Shown here one piece after another: positions 49,744-61,294 of a DNA stretch of 64,000 nucleotides (position 1 is the stretch's first letter; each line of letters opens with the position of its first letter). The notes under the pieces are model-generated. The model saw nothing but the letters and a program-made list of their open reading frames with translations. It was not told the DNA's origin and made no database searches. The position numbers and the translations under genes are program-made. This DNA comes from Candidatus Krumholzibacteriota bacterium. Its GTDB lineage: Bacteria > Krumholzibacteriota > Krumholzibacteriia > JAJRXK01. Where the stretch lies: assembly GCA_963727455.1 (NCBI GenBank), contig CAVSGG010000009.1, positions 448,001 through 512,000 on the forward strand, given 5' to 3'.

Positions 49744-51237
49744 TCAGCTCGTGAGCGAGACTTCTTGGGGAAAGACCTGCGCGGGATGCGCATTCGCCAG
49801 CTGCCGTGTAAAATCGGTATCGAGCTGCCGGCGGGGACTCGTCACTTCTAAGTCGCGGTAGAATTCACAGCGGTCCACGATCTCTCCGAGCGCGAGCAAG
49901 AGCAGAATCGGAAAGCTAAACTCTTTTCCCCCCCACCACCAAAGTGCCGCCGGGAATAGAATCCCGCCAGAGATGCGCAAGAGTCCGAGCCAGTGCGACC
50001 CCTTTCGCTTGCCGCTCTGGTGCCTACTCTTGCGGGCAAGATACGATACGAGTTTCACCAGGAGAATGCTCGCTACGATCGGAGCCGAGCCTCCCGCCAG
50101 CGCGAACACCAAGAGACCGGTGACAAATACCTGCGCGCTGTGCCATTGCAAGCCCTTCGCACCGGTAACCTGGTAGACCCTGTCCATGGAGAAGAGAGCG
50201 GCGAAACCGCTGAAGGCCGCTCCCCAGCAGGTGATGGCAGCCAGGGGAAAGCCCAGCCAGGCGGCGAGGGCGAGAGCCACGAACGCGGAATAGAAGAAAA
50301 TCTCGCGGCTCAACCAACTGTGGCGCAGGTTGAGGATGCTACGGTAGGCACGGGCCTTCCGGCCCAGATGCAGGGTGCTCAGTCCCATCCCCGCCAGGGC
50401 GAGGGCCATGAAGGCAAAAGGAGTCAGCGCGAACCGCGAGGGGGCTTGCATTCCGAGCCAATCCAGTCGCGGACCCGCGACGAAAGCGCCCATCCATCCC
50501 GCCAGGAACGCCGCGAGCAGGGTGAAGGCGGCCAGGGGCCACTCGGAACGAAGCGTGATGCGGGAGAACGATGGTTTCGCGTGCGCAATGGCGCCCCTGT
50601 CGATCGCCTCCGGCGCCATGGCGGGAGAGAGTCTGCCTTCTTGCAGGGGCGTGAAGCGGATGGCGGGCCGGGCCGCTGTTTGCGGAAAGCCGGGGGCTTC
50701 TTCCTGCGGTGTCTTCCCCTCACCGTTGGAACGGCTAGCGGAGTCGACGACGAGCCCCTTCGAGCCCGCTTTCAGCCGCCGCCACTCACCACTCTCGTCG
50801 AGCTCCCCCAACTGCAGAGCGGTGGTCGGACATTGCGCCACGCATCCCGGTAGGTGGCCTTCCTTCTGACGCTCGTTGCAGAAGGTACACTTCTCCACCA
50901 CCCCCATGGAGGGGTTGAAGGCGGGAGCGTCGTAGGGACAGGCCCAAGTGCAGTACTTGCAACCCATGCAATGGTCCGGATCCAGAAGGACCGCGCCGGT
51001 GAACTCGTCCTTGGAATAGGCGAGCGCCGGACAGTGCTTCTGACAGGGCGCATCCTCGCAGTGATTGCACGCTAGCGACAAATGGAAGAGAGGGATGCCC
51101 GGATGACGATTCTGGTTGTAGGTTTCCACGCGCCGCCAGCTCGATCCCCACGCCAACTCGTTCTCGATCGCGCAGGCGACCACGCAGGCTTCGCAGCCCG
51201 TACACTTGTTGAGATCCAGGTGAAAGGAGCGTTGCAT
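49744..51237 (-). CDS. DmsB-like 4Fe-4S subunit fused to a DmsC-like membrane anchor
   Basis: CTGCEAC, CNHCEDAPC, CMGCKYC, CTFC; then EWPL..FT, STLHLG, SWLSRE. Confidence 0.88.
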   Translation of the reverse strand: MQRSFHLDLNKCTGCEACVVACAIENELAWGSSWRRVETYNQNRHPGIPLFHLSLACNHCEDAPCQKHCPALAYSKDEFTGAVLLDPDHCMGCKYCTWACPYDAPAFNPSMGVVEKCTFCNERQKEGHLPGCVAQCPTTALQLGELDESGEWRRLKAGSKGLVVDSASRSNGEGKTPQEEAPGFPQTAARPAIRFTPLQEGRLSPAMAPEAIDRGAIAHAKPSFSRITLRSEWPLAAFTLLAAFLAGWMGAFVAGPRLDWLGMQAPSRFALTPFAFMALALAGMGLSTLHLGRKARAYRSILNLRHSWLSREIFFYSAFVALALAAWLGFPLAAITCWGAAFSGFAALFSMDRVYQVTGAKGLQWHSAQVFVTGLLVFALAGGSAPIVASILLVKLVSYLARKSRHQSGKRKGSHWLGLLRISGGILFPAALWWWGGKEFSFPILLLLALGEIVDRCEFYRDLEVTSPRRQLDTDFTRQLANAHPAQVFPQEVSLTS

Positions 51238-51240
51238 GCT

Positions 51241-53331
51241 CTACCCGCGCTGCGTCGAGGCTTCGACCTCGACCCGGTTCTCGTGGAAGGCCGCGCCATG
51301 CCCCATATCGGTTTCGCGGCCGCGTGACAGAAAGTTGACCGTCCCCCCTTCGCTGATCCACCAACCGTTCGTCATGCACACGCAGCCCCCTTTCAGCCCG
51401 GAGTCGAACTGCACGGAAAGCTCCAGGCTTCCGCGCCGGTTGAACACCCGCACTTTGCTGCCCTGCGCAATCCCACGCTCCAGTGCGTCCAGGGGATGCA
51501 TCTGCAGAACGGGACCGGGACTGAACTGGCGTATGGCCTCCAGATTGTTGAACTGCGAGTGAATCCGGTTCTTGGTGTTGGGCGTCATGAAATACAGGGG
51601 GTACTCTCTTACCTCGTTCCCGTCCCTGCAGCTTCGATTCGACGGGTTCTTGGTAAGTCGGTAGAGCATCCACCTCCCACCGGAGGTGCGGCCTCGGTCG
51701 ACAGCAACTCGATCTTCCCGATGGCGTCTTGAACACTCCATCCGCGAATGCGATTTCCTGATGGCCGGGGGCCAGAACGGGACCCTCGGACAATTTTTCC
51801 AGAGACAACTCGGGGAATGGGTCGCAGGCGGGCTCGAAGGTACTCGGCGACGGACGCGTCATCGGGGGCAGGAATCACCCCTTCGAATCGTGAAGCGGGA
51901 ATGGAGAGCCGCTGGGCCAGATGCCAGTAGATCTCCGATTCGGGTTTTACTTCGCCCGGGGGTTCGAGCACTTTTTGCTTGAATTGAATGTAGGGGTGCC
52001 AGTAGGCGTTGATCACGTCGCTCTGCTCGAACATCGACTTGGCGGGCAGGATGAGATCGGCCTCGCGCGCGGTGTCCGTCATGAACTGCTCCACCACTAC
52101 CCTGAAATCCAGTGCCCGAAAAGCCTCGCGCACTTTGTTCGTGTCCGGGTTCTGTGTAACCGGATTGCCGCGCTCCACCCACGCGACTCGCAATGGTGGA
52201 TCACTACACCGCAGCATTTCCTCGCCCAGTCTCGCGGTGGAAATTCCCACTCGTACCACGCCATCTGGGTTCTCCGGGCGGATAGAACGCAATCGGGTCC
52301 TTCACTGCGTCGAAAATGTGACTTTGCAGGTCGGCGAAGATCCAACCCGCCCCCTTCTTGCCGATGTTTCCGGTGAGGGCAAGAAGCGCGATGATGGCGC
52401 GCATGGTCTGTCCGCTGTTCGAATAGCGCTGCATGCCAAAGCCGGCGTTGATCGTCGCAGGCGTGATGGTGCCGAGGAGCCGGGCCAACTCGCGGATCTG
52501 CTCCTCTGGAATGCAGCAGATGCGAGCAGCCCATTCCGGCGGACACTCCCTATCCGCTCGGCGAACTCGGCGAATCCCATGACCTGCCGCGCGATGAACT
52601 CGCAATCGAGCCAGTTCTCTCGCACCAGAATGATGCGCCACTGCGAGCGCGAGCGCGCCATCCGTGCCTGGCCGGGGTTGCAGGAGCAGATCGGCACGTT
52701 CCGCGGTCTCCGTTCGCCGCGGATCGATGACGACCAATTTGGCCCCATTTTGCAGCGCCCGGTTCACGAAGACGGTCTGATGCACGTTGGTCTCGGCCGC
52801 GTTTTTTCCCCACATGAGGATGAGTCGGGCGTTCTCGATGTCCCAAGGAGCATTGTGTTTGTTCTCACCCAATGTCAACCGGGTGGCCTCCAGTCCTGCC
52901 GGCCAGCACAGGTCTCCAAAAGTGGTGGTACAGCCACCGAAGAGCCGCCAGAACGCCATGCCGACTCCGTTCATGAGACCCTTGGTGCCGCTCGCCGAGT
53001 AATAGAGGACGCTCTGCGGGCCAAACTCCTTCCGAGTCGTTCTAAGTTTGTCGGTGATCAGGTCGAACGCCGTCTCCCAGCCGACCCTTTCGAACGCTTC
53101 GCTTCCTCTCCTTCTGAGTAGCGGGTGCAGGATCCTCTCCGGAGAGGAAACGCGTTCGAGGTAACTGAGTCCCTTGAGGCAGGGCCCTTCGGGGGTAGCT
53201 CGATTGAGGGGATGGGCCTCGATACGGCGCAGACGTCCCCCCCGGACTTCCACCCTCAAGCTACAGGTGCTGTAACAGTTGCGTGGACATGCGGTGGTGA
53301 AGATACCGTCGGATTCCCGAGGGGAGTTCAT
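51241..53331 (-). CDS. DMSO-reductase-family molybdopterin oxidoreductase catalytic subunit (about 7 frameshifts)
   Basis: CPRNCYSTC..CLKG, WGKN, PRPGTDGALA, QFMTDTAREADLILPA, RIHSQF, MHPLDA spread over several frames. Confidence 0.85.
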
Positions 53332-54161
53332 CGTACTGGTGCTTGCCCCTTCACGATCTCGTCGAGGAATTCCTCCACCACTTTCCAATTTGGCTCGACG
53401 TCTCCATTCACTCTACTGGATACCAGCATGGAGGAGCCGTGAACTCCGTGCGCAGCGACGTAGGTTTGAAAGCCCAGGGTCTTGAAATCGTCGAGTTGCT
53501 GGACTGCCGCCGCGCGCTGCATTTCGGAGAACGGCCGCAAGACGAGGACCTTGGTCTTGATCAGCTTGGCATAAGTGTTGGGTGAACAGTCTCCCATGGC
53601 CTCACCCGCAGCGGGGGAAAACGCCAGCACACCGCTCAGATCCTCGGGATGTTCGGCGGCCAGACGAAGTACCAATGCCGCGCTGTAGCTGCTTCCCCAA
53701 GCGATTCGCGGCCCTGCGTTTCCCTGCTCGATCGCCCAGGCCAGCGCAGCCTCGAGATCGGGATACGCCTGGCAGTAACTGTACTCCCGCTGGTCCTTCA
53801 AGTTCTGCACGGTACGGTTGACTCCGCCGAAGCGATCGCCTCCACTCCTCTGGTCCACGGCCAGGATGTTGAATCCCTTGCCGAGCAAACGCGAGATGAT
53901 GGGACCGTACTCCCCTCGCGCATTTGCACCGGCCTGATGAAAGAGCAGAATGAGCGGACCGTGGTGATCTTCCTTCAGCCAGTGGGCATCGGCGTAGACT
54001 GTCACGCCATCCTCTGCGTTGAAGGTGACCTCCTGTCCGGTGCGATCGATGCGCGAGGGGCCAGCGTTCCTGGGCGCATCGGTCTTCTGCCTACACGCGG
54101 TGGACGCACAAAGAAGAAGTACGGGCAGCAGGGCGAGCTTCACTGAGAAACGAGCTTTCAT
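53328..54161 (-). CDS. Exported alpha/beta hydrolase (possible lipoprotein)
   Basis: Signal peptide with Cys, HQAG, DQRSGG, WGSSYS nucleophile elbow, HGS. Confidence 0.82.
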   Translation of the reverse strand: MKARFSVKLALLPVLLLCASTACRQKTDAPRNAGPSRIDRTGQEVTFNAEDGVTVYADAHWLKEDHHGPLILLFHQAGANARGEYGPIISRLLGKGFNILAVDQRSGGDRFGGVNRTVQNLKDQREYSYCQAYPDLEAALAWAIEQGNAGPRIAWGSSYSAALVLRLAAEHPEDLSGVLAFSPAAGEAMGDCSPNTYAKLIKTKVLVLRPFSEMQRAAAVQQLDDFKTLGFQTYVAAHGVHGSSMLVSSRVNGDVEPNWKVVEEFLDEIVKGQAPVR

Positions 54162-54299
54162 GACGCATCCCTCCCCATGGATTGTGGGAGCGAGCATAGG
54201 TTCCACCTTCGACTCCATCAAGCCGGGGATTGTCCCTTGCTCCCTCCTGCAAAAATTCGGAGAATGTCTCCCGCTGGATTTCGCGTGGGAGGTGCCCGT

Positions 54300-54764
54300 T
54301 TGGGGATTCTACGCAGCTATCTGGAGTCGTGGTCGCGCGCGCCACTAATTTCCTGCTGCGCAAACGCCAGGGCGAACATTTCAGCCGCGCCCTGCCGCGC
54401 CAACTGATCCTTCTGGCTATCGTACTGCTCGTAACGCTCGTCGCGGTGCTCGTCATGCTCATCGGCGACCCTTCCCGCAAGGGAATCTTCAGCCTATTGA
54501 GTATCGGACTGACCGCCATGGTGGCGATCTCCTCGACCACTCTGGTCTCGAACGCGATGGCCGGGATCATGCTCCGCGCGGTAAAGAGTTTTCACGATGG
54601 AGATTTCATCCGCGCGAAGGGCGCCCCCGCCGCAGCGTACACAGCTCGAGCGCGAACTTGCAGCGCGGCAGAAGGAGTACGAGACTCTCCAGCGAGAGCT
54701 GGAGGAAGCATTGAAGGAAGCAAAGCAAGGGGAAGAAGATGAGTCCCCTGAGCCAGATTCCTAA
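54300..54764 (+). pseudogene. MscS-family mechanosensitive channel remnant with internal deletion
   Basis: SSTTLVSNAMAGIMLR...F..GDFIR joined out of frame to a coiled-coil tail (QLERELAARQKEYETLQRELEE) ending in TAA at 54764. Confidence 0.65.
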
Positions 54765-54904
54765 CTGACACAATTTCGCAGACAGGACCCTCCTTATCTG
54801 GGAGAATGGCCGTCAAGTCCCAGAATCCACTGGACTGTGCGAATCGAAAACTCACTTCCCCGCGAGGTGCGGGAAATCACTCACCATCGTTAAGTGAGGA
54901 CGGA

Positions 54905-56066
54905 ATGATCAACGAACTCTATACCCCCAAGCAACTCGAACTCAGAGAGCAGGCACGCGGCCTCGCCGAGGAAGTGATGCGCCCGGTAGCGGCCAAGTAT
55001 GACGTGGAGCAGAGTTATCCCTGGGAGGTGCAAAAGGCCATTCGCGCCGCGGGGCTCTCGGGAGTCTGGATCCCCAAGGAGTACGGCGGTCTCGGTGGCG
55101 GAGTTTTGGATTTGTGCCTGGTCGTCGAGGAATTCTCCCGCGCCTGCGGTGGGATGGGCGTGGGCTACGCGGTCAATGCTCTGGGGTCTTTCCCGATTTT
55201 ACTCAGCGGAACTGAGGACCAGAAGAAGCGCTGGCTGCCCGACATCGCCGCCGGGGAAAAGTTGATTTCCTTCGGACTCTCGGAAAAGGCATCGGGCAGT
55301 GACGCGGCGAGCATGACCACCCGTGCCGAGAAGAAGGGCGAGAACTACCTCCTCAACGGAGAGAAGAAGTGGAATACCGGCGGATCGGTGGCATCCCTCA
55401 ATACCGTCTTCGCGGTCACCAATCCCGATCGCGGCGCACGAGGGATCTCTGGACTCGTGGTCGAGAAGGGGATGCCCGGTTACGAAGTAGGAAAAATCGA
55501 GGACAAAATGGGGATCCGCTGCGTGCCAGTCGTGGAGATCCACTTCAAAGACGTCGAGGTGCCCGCCGCGAATCTCTTGGGGGGAGTTGAGGGACAGGGT
55601 TTCAAACAAGCGATGATCACTCTGGATCGCGCCCGCCCCGGGGTTGCCTCGCAGGCAGTGGGGCTGGCACAAGGAGCCTCTGGACCTCGCTGTCGAGTAC
55701 ACTTCCGAGCGCAAGCAATTCGGGCAATCGGTCAGTTCCTTCCAGGGAATTCAGTGGATGCTGGCCGACATGGCCACCCAAATCGAAGCTGCACGTACTC
55801 TGGTTCATACCGCCGCGCGCGCGATCGATGCGGGGAGCCGCAAAATCACCAAACTGTCCGCGATGTGTAAGCTCATGGCCACTGACGTGGCGATGAAAGT
55901 GACGACGGACTGCGTCCAGCTCTTCGGTGGATACGGCTACTGCAAGGATTACCCCATCGAGAAGTACATGCGTGACGCAAAGATCACGCAGATCTACGAG
56001 GGGACGAACCAGATTCAGCGTTTGGTGATCGCGCGGAGTATCATGCGCGAGGCGGCCAGTTCCTAG
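54905..56066 (+). CDS. Acyl-CoA dehydrogenase (frameshift near 55680)
   Basis: FGLSEKASGSDA, NGEKKW, KMGIR, then FGQ...FQGIQWMLADM, QLFGGYGY, QIYEGTNQIQR. Confidence 0.92.
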
Positions 56067-56067
56067 A

Positions 56068-56791
56068 TCAGTTCGGCGCCGAGCGTTTCGCGTAGTTTGC
56101 GTACTCGATTCGAATTCGCAGGTCCTTGTCCACGAACTCGAGCTTCGTCGTGCGCGGCACCTCACTGCCGTCGGCAAGGACTTGGAAGAGAGTCTCGGCC
56201 CTCACCGCTTCGCCATCGATCCAGGACTGGTAACTCATCTTGAGCACCCGACCGGTCTCCGGTTGGATCCACTGCGTGAGCAGATCGTCATCTCGCATGG
56301 CACTGCGAGTGGTGAGTTCCCAATCGCCCTGCATCCCCGGAACCTCGCTGATGATGACTGCACTGCGAGCTACCTGGTCACGCATCTGCTTGCCCGAGCA
56401 AAACGCATAGCTCGCGACGAAGGTACTGGCCTGTTTCAGCGCATCGCGGGAAAGGAGGGCGATGTTGTCTCGGATGCGCCGCTTCATGCCCGTCCGGTGT
56501 TTCCCGTGGACTTTACTCTCCTGCACGCTGCGGGAGACCTCGCCGGCCTGAGGAAGGTAGATTCCTCGAGGTTTCGGTCAGCCGGTCCAGCCCTCCGTAG
56601 TTCACGGTCGCGACCTCGGTCCATTGAAGCTGTTTGGTGGTGCCGAGGCTCCCGCTCCAGACCTCCTCGATTTTCGGCGCAAGCTTGTAGGGGTTGGGAA
56701 TGGCCCCGCGCGTCTGTGCGGCGGCAGCTACCACGGCCCACATGCTCAGAGCACCGAAGAAGACGAAGGCTCTCCGAGGAGCAGAGTTCAT
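56068..56791 (-). CDS. Hypothetical exported protein (frameshift near 56520)
   Basis: Signal-peptide-like N-terminus in one ORF continues into ORF 56068-56526. Confidence 0.5.
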
Positions 56792-56949
56792 GAGCAATCT
56801 CACGATCCGTCCGAAGCACGAACAGGCGTAGCGAATTCCCTGCCGCGGCCAGGAACACTGCAATTGAACCTGCGAAATCCGTACCAAGAGCTGAGGAAGA
56901 ACGGGAAGCCACGCTCCCTCACGCGCCACTGCGAAGCTCCGAGCTGCCG

Positions 56950-56983
56950 AAAAAAAAGCCCCGCTCCCAAAAGGGAGCGGGGC
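56950..56983 (-). terminator. Intrinsic terminator after the RRM gene
   Basis: GCCCCGCTCCC-TTTT-GGGAGCGGGGC (11-bp stem) followed by T8 on the minus strand. Confidence 0.9.
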
Positions 56984-57014
56984 ATCATCGACTCACATCG
57001 TGAGTGGAGTGCTC

Positions 57015-57324
57015 TTACCAGCGATCACGACGACCGCCGCCACCGCCAACCACCACCGAAACCTCCACCGCCGCCACGGCGGGGACGCTCCTGGGCCTCA
57101 TTGACGCGCAGGGCGCGTCCACCCATCTCGTAGCCGTTCAGGGCGCTAATGGCAGCCTGCGCAGCATCGTCATCCATCTCCACGAATCCGAATCCGCGGG
57201 GACGGCCAGTCTCACGGTCATTGATCAGAGCCACCGAGTGCACTGCACCGTGTTGACTAAATAGTTCATTGACCTCAGCATCCGTAGCACTAAAGGGCAG
57301 GTTGCCTACATAAAGCTTCTTCAC
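57015..57324 (-). CDS. RRM (RNP-1) RNA-binding protein with Gly-rich tail; likely 1-nt insertion near 57049
   Basis: LYVGNL (RNP2), RGFGFVEM (RNP1), VNEA; removing one base restores GGGGGRRDRW*. Confidence 0.92.
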
Positions 57325-57983
57325 GTTCTTTCGTCTCCATCAACCGGCTCCGCCGGTCCATCTGAGGCGCTCGGGGTCGCCGGACTATCCGGAAGAACCC
57401 ATACGCCTCATGCTCATCCAGCGAATTGCCGGACACATTCTCCCGCCAATCGGGAGAATTTCGGGCTCGGAAGCTCTCCGAGCAAAACTCGGGATTCGGC
57501 TACGAAGAGATCCACGCGAGGGTGGAAAGTGGCGGGAACTCGAGGCATTGACTCGATCGACCCTACTCCATAACCAATCTCCGCAGGCGTCAAAGAGGCC
57601 CGCTCTTACACCCATGAGCATAGCGAGCTTGGCCATTTTCGCAAATTCTTTGTGGCCCCTCTGGCCCGTGGGACCGGGCATTTGGAGCCATCCTGCTCCG
57701 GCCCCACCCCTGCCGCGGAGGGCCGGGGCCCACAGGAGCGCCGTCCTTTCCTCAATCTGCGCTTCTTCTCTCGCCCGTCCCCGCATGGCCGCCCCCTGGT
57801 CCAGCCCGTGACCCTAATCAAAATACGGACTGCTTCCTGGCCGCGGTCGGCCGCCTCGCCGAAAGGCCTTCGCCCGGCCGGCCGGCTTTGGAGCGCGACT
57901 CCACTGCGCGCGCACATTCCCAGAGAGTCCCTCGATACACTTTCAGCTTTGCTCTTTAACTTTGCCCAACCCGATGATAACAG

Positions 57984-60470
57984 TTGAAGCGCGCCACGAG
58001 AGTGAGATCGACGACCGCCGCACATCTTCGAGGGTTGTTCGTGCTCTTCTCCCATCATCCCGCACAGTCCTCACGCCGCACCCCGGCGGTGCGCAGGGTC
58101 GGGCCTGCGCTGAGGCACTTGCCGCTTCTGATTTTCATCGTCGGAGCCGCCGCCACGATCGCACTGTGGTCGGTGATCGATGGCAGCGAAGACAGGAGAA
58201 TTCAGCAAGAGACCCGCGTCACTGCCCAGCAAATCCGGCGACGTCTGGAATCCTGGATCGATACCAGGACCGCTGCGGTCGATTACCTCTGCAGCCGCCA
58301 ATTCACCGATAGCACCGATGTGCGGCTCAACTTCCGCTCCACCGCCTTGCATTTCGTGCAGCTTTATCAGGGTGTCCAAGCTCTGAACTTCATCGACAAT
58401 CGGGGGATCATTCGCATCGTCTATCCCGAGAGCACCAATGCGGAGGCATCTGGGCCAGGATCTCCGAAGCGACCCGCGTCCGGAGGTCACCGAGGCACTC
58501 AAGCGGGCCGAAGCGAGCGGTTCCCTCAGCCGAACTCCCGTCATCGACCTCTTTCAAGGAGGAAAGGGCTTCGCAACCTACGAGCCGCTTCGCAACGGGA
58601 CCGGAGAGCAGTTGGGCTTTGCCAACTGCGTCTTCCGGATCAACGATCTGATGGACAGCTGTTTGTCCGAACCGGAGTTGCGCGATCGTTTCCGCTTCGA
58701 AGTTCTCGATTCCTTCGGCCATCGGGCCTATCTCCACCCTCTCGATGACAAGGAGGAACAGTGGCCCCTGGCCGTAGCTCTGCAAGTTCGCGTAGTGGAC
58801 CGACCGTGGACGATGCGTTTTGCTCCGATGCCCGACGTACATCTCGAACCAACACTCCATCGCCGACGAGCTCCTGATGTTGGTGGGCTTGATCTTGATC
58901 ACCACGGTTTCCCTCATGGTGAGTGCTCTTCTTAGCCGACACGAGGCCCTGGCCGTGAGTCAAGCCAACTATAAGCTGCTCGTGGAGAATCAGAGCGATA
59001 TGGTGGTGAAGATGGACCCGCAGGGTCGCTTTCTCTACTTGAGCCCGAGTTGCTTTCAGGTATTCGGTAAGTCCGAAGAGGAGATTTGTTGGATACGGAA
59101 TTTACTTCTCTGATCCACGCGGAGGAACATGACGGTTTGTCTCGCGCATTCGAGAGCCTGAAACAGCCGCCGCATGCCAGCTACATCGAGCAACGAACCA
59201 TGACTAAAGAGGGATGGCGATGGTTGTCGTGGTCCATGATCTCGGTACTCGATGATGAAGGCGCGGTGCAGGAGATCATCGGAGTCGGCAACGATATCAC
59301 GCAAACGACGCGAACTCGAGGAACAGCTCATTCAGTCGCAGAAGCTGCAGGCGGTCGGACAACTCGCCGGCGGAGTCGCTCATGACTTCAACAACATCCT
59401 CCAGGCCATGATTGGTTACCTGGAGTTTGCGAACGCCGAGGTTCCCGAAGAATCACCCGCCAAGAAAGATCTGAATCAGGTTCAAAAGTGGGATCGAGAG
59501 AGCGATTCAATTGACGCGTCAATTGCTCGCTTTCAGCCGCAGACAAGCTCTCGACACCGAGATACTCAGAGTTGAACGAGGTCTGCCGGGAGATCATCGG
59601 GATGCTCCGCCGCATGGTGGGGGAATCGGTGGAAATCCGTTTCGAGGCCGACCCCCATTGTCCCAAGGTCTATGCGGACCGAAGTCAACTGGGGCAGGTC
59701 CTGATGAATCTCTGCGTCAATGCGAGAGATGCAATGAACGGGAAGGGAGTCATCACGATCCAAACCGGGCGGGTGCTCGCCGATCAGAGTTTTTTGAAGG
59801 AACATCCTGGTGTCCCGTCTGGGACTTCACGCCTACATGAAGGTCAGCGACGATGGCTGCGGAATTCCGCGCTCGGTCCAAAAGCACGTCTTCGAACCCT
59901 TCTTCACCACCAAGGATGTTGGAGCAGGTACCGGTATCGGATTATCGACGGTGTATGGGATCGTCCAGCAACACGATGGCACGATCGATCTTCAGAGTGA
60001 ACCTGGAGTGGGAACCGAGATTACCATCTATCTACCCGCGTCCGACGGCGTAGTAGATCCCCCGTTCCGCGGACACCGGTGAACTCTCTCCAGGGAGTGG
60101 CGAGACCATTTTGGTGACGGAGGACGACCGCCTCGTCAGAGAAGTCGCACTGCGTGTCCTCGAACGCAGCGGCTATCGCGTTCTGGAAGCTTCCAACGGA
60201 AAGGAAGCCCTCGAGCTGTTCGAGCAACACCGCGAGGAAATCGCGCTCACCATCTTGGACGCGGTCATGCCGGAAATGGGCGGAAGGGAGACGAGCGAGC
60301 GGATCCGCGAGATGAAACCCGATGCGCGAATTCTCTTCGTATCGGGCTACAATCCGCGCGAGGTGGACGGTGAACTGGTCCTCGGGGACAACGACGAGAT
60401 GTTGATGAAGCCGTACCTTGCCGAGACTTTTCTCGCGCGCGTGCATGAGATCTTGAGCCACGAGTCCTAG
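57984..60470 (+). CDS. Hybrid sensor kinase: extracellular CHASE/Cache-like sensor, PAS, HisKA, HATPase, REC (multiple frameshifts; start uncertain)
   Basis: TM-sensor-TM, LVENQSD PAS, GGVAHDFNN, NLCVNARDAM, FFTTK..GTGIGL, EDD..LDAVMP..KP in successive frames. Confidence 0.85.
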
Positions 60471-61209
60471 GCGCGTCTCCCTAACACATAGAGTCCCAGG
60501 TCATCGCTCTCTCCGTCGCTCCGGTAGCGTTCTTTGACTCTTAGACCGGCTTGCTCGCACAAATTCAGCAGTTCCCCCTCTTCGAAGGAATGCACGTATC
60601 GCAGAGCTCTGCCACCGCGCCGCCAATCTTGCAGGATATCTCCCTTTTCGACTTCGCTCTGATTCAGACCAAGCTGCGACCATGGAACCACGCGCCGCGC
60701 AAAGCGCTCGAGATGCAGACATTGCCAGACTGAAATCGCCCAGCATCCCTCGACCGCCAAGAGCGTGGAACATTCCCTTAGAAAGCGAAGACGCTGCAAC
60801 TGGCCCGGGTATGTGATGCAGAACGGAAAAGAGGACCATGGCCTGAAAGCCACCCTTGGGCCGGACCAAGTTCTCGGCCCAACCCTGCCCCGTCAGGTCG
60901 GCCTGCACGAGTTGGAAGTTCTCGCCAGCACATGGTGCCAGAGCGAGAAGCTCGGCGCAGGCGTCCAGGCCCAAGTAGAATCCCGTAAAGCCCCCGGGCT
61001 GCGGGTCCCACGCTCCCCTCGAGCAGCCTTCGACCCACTCGCGCATCTCCGCATCCGAGGTCGATGAGGCTCTCGAAGCTGCCCAAGGAAGAGAGAGCGC
61101 GCACGATGCCGGGCTGAAGACGTGTCCGCGAATCGGAGAATTCTGCCGCGTACCGGCGGTAGAGCCCTAAATTCAGCGCGATCAACTTTCGACGGATGGA
61201 CCCTTGCAC
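60467..61209 (-). CDS. Class I SAM methyltransferase, Trm9/ALKBH8-like (frameshifted)
   Basis: Y...A.EFS.SR, DLGCG, SVLHHIP, SVW, GDILQDW, RYVHSFEEGEL. Confidence 0.75.
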
Positions 61210-61294
61210 TAGTATCCCTTTATACTGCCCTGAGATGCGCACACCGACGAACGTGCCCTCTCCCCGATTCCCTCTTCGCCAGGCACCCAAGACC

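Noticed and set aside
51241-53331. Selenocysteine readthrough or programmed frameshifting in the molybdoenzyme
   Set aside because: The breaks are frame changes rather than an in-frame TGA at the ligand position (a Cys codon is present), and neighbouring genes show the same indels
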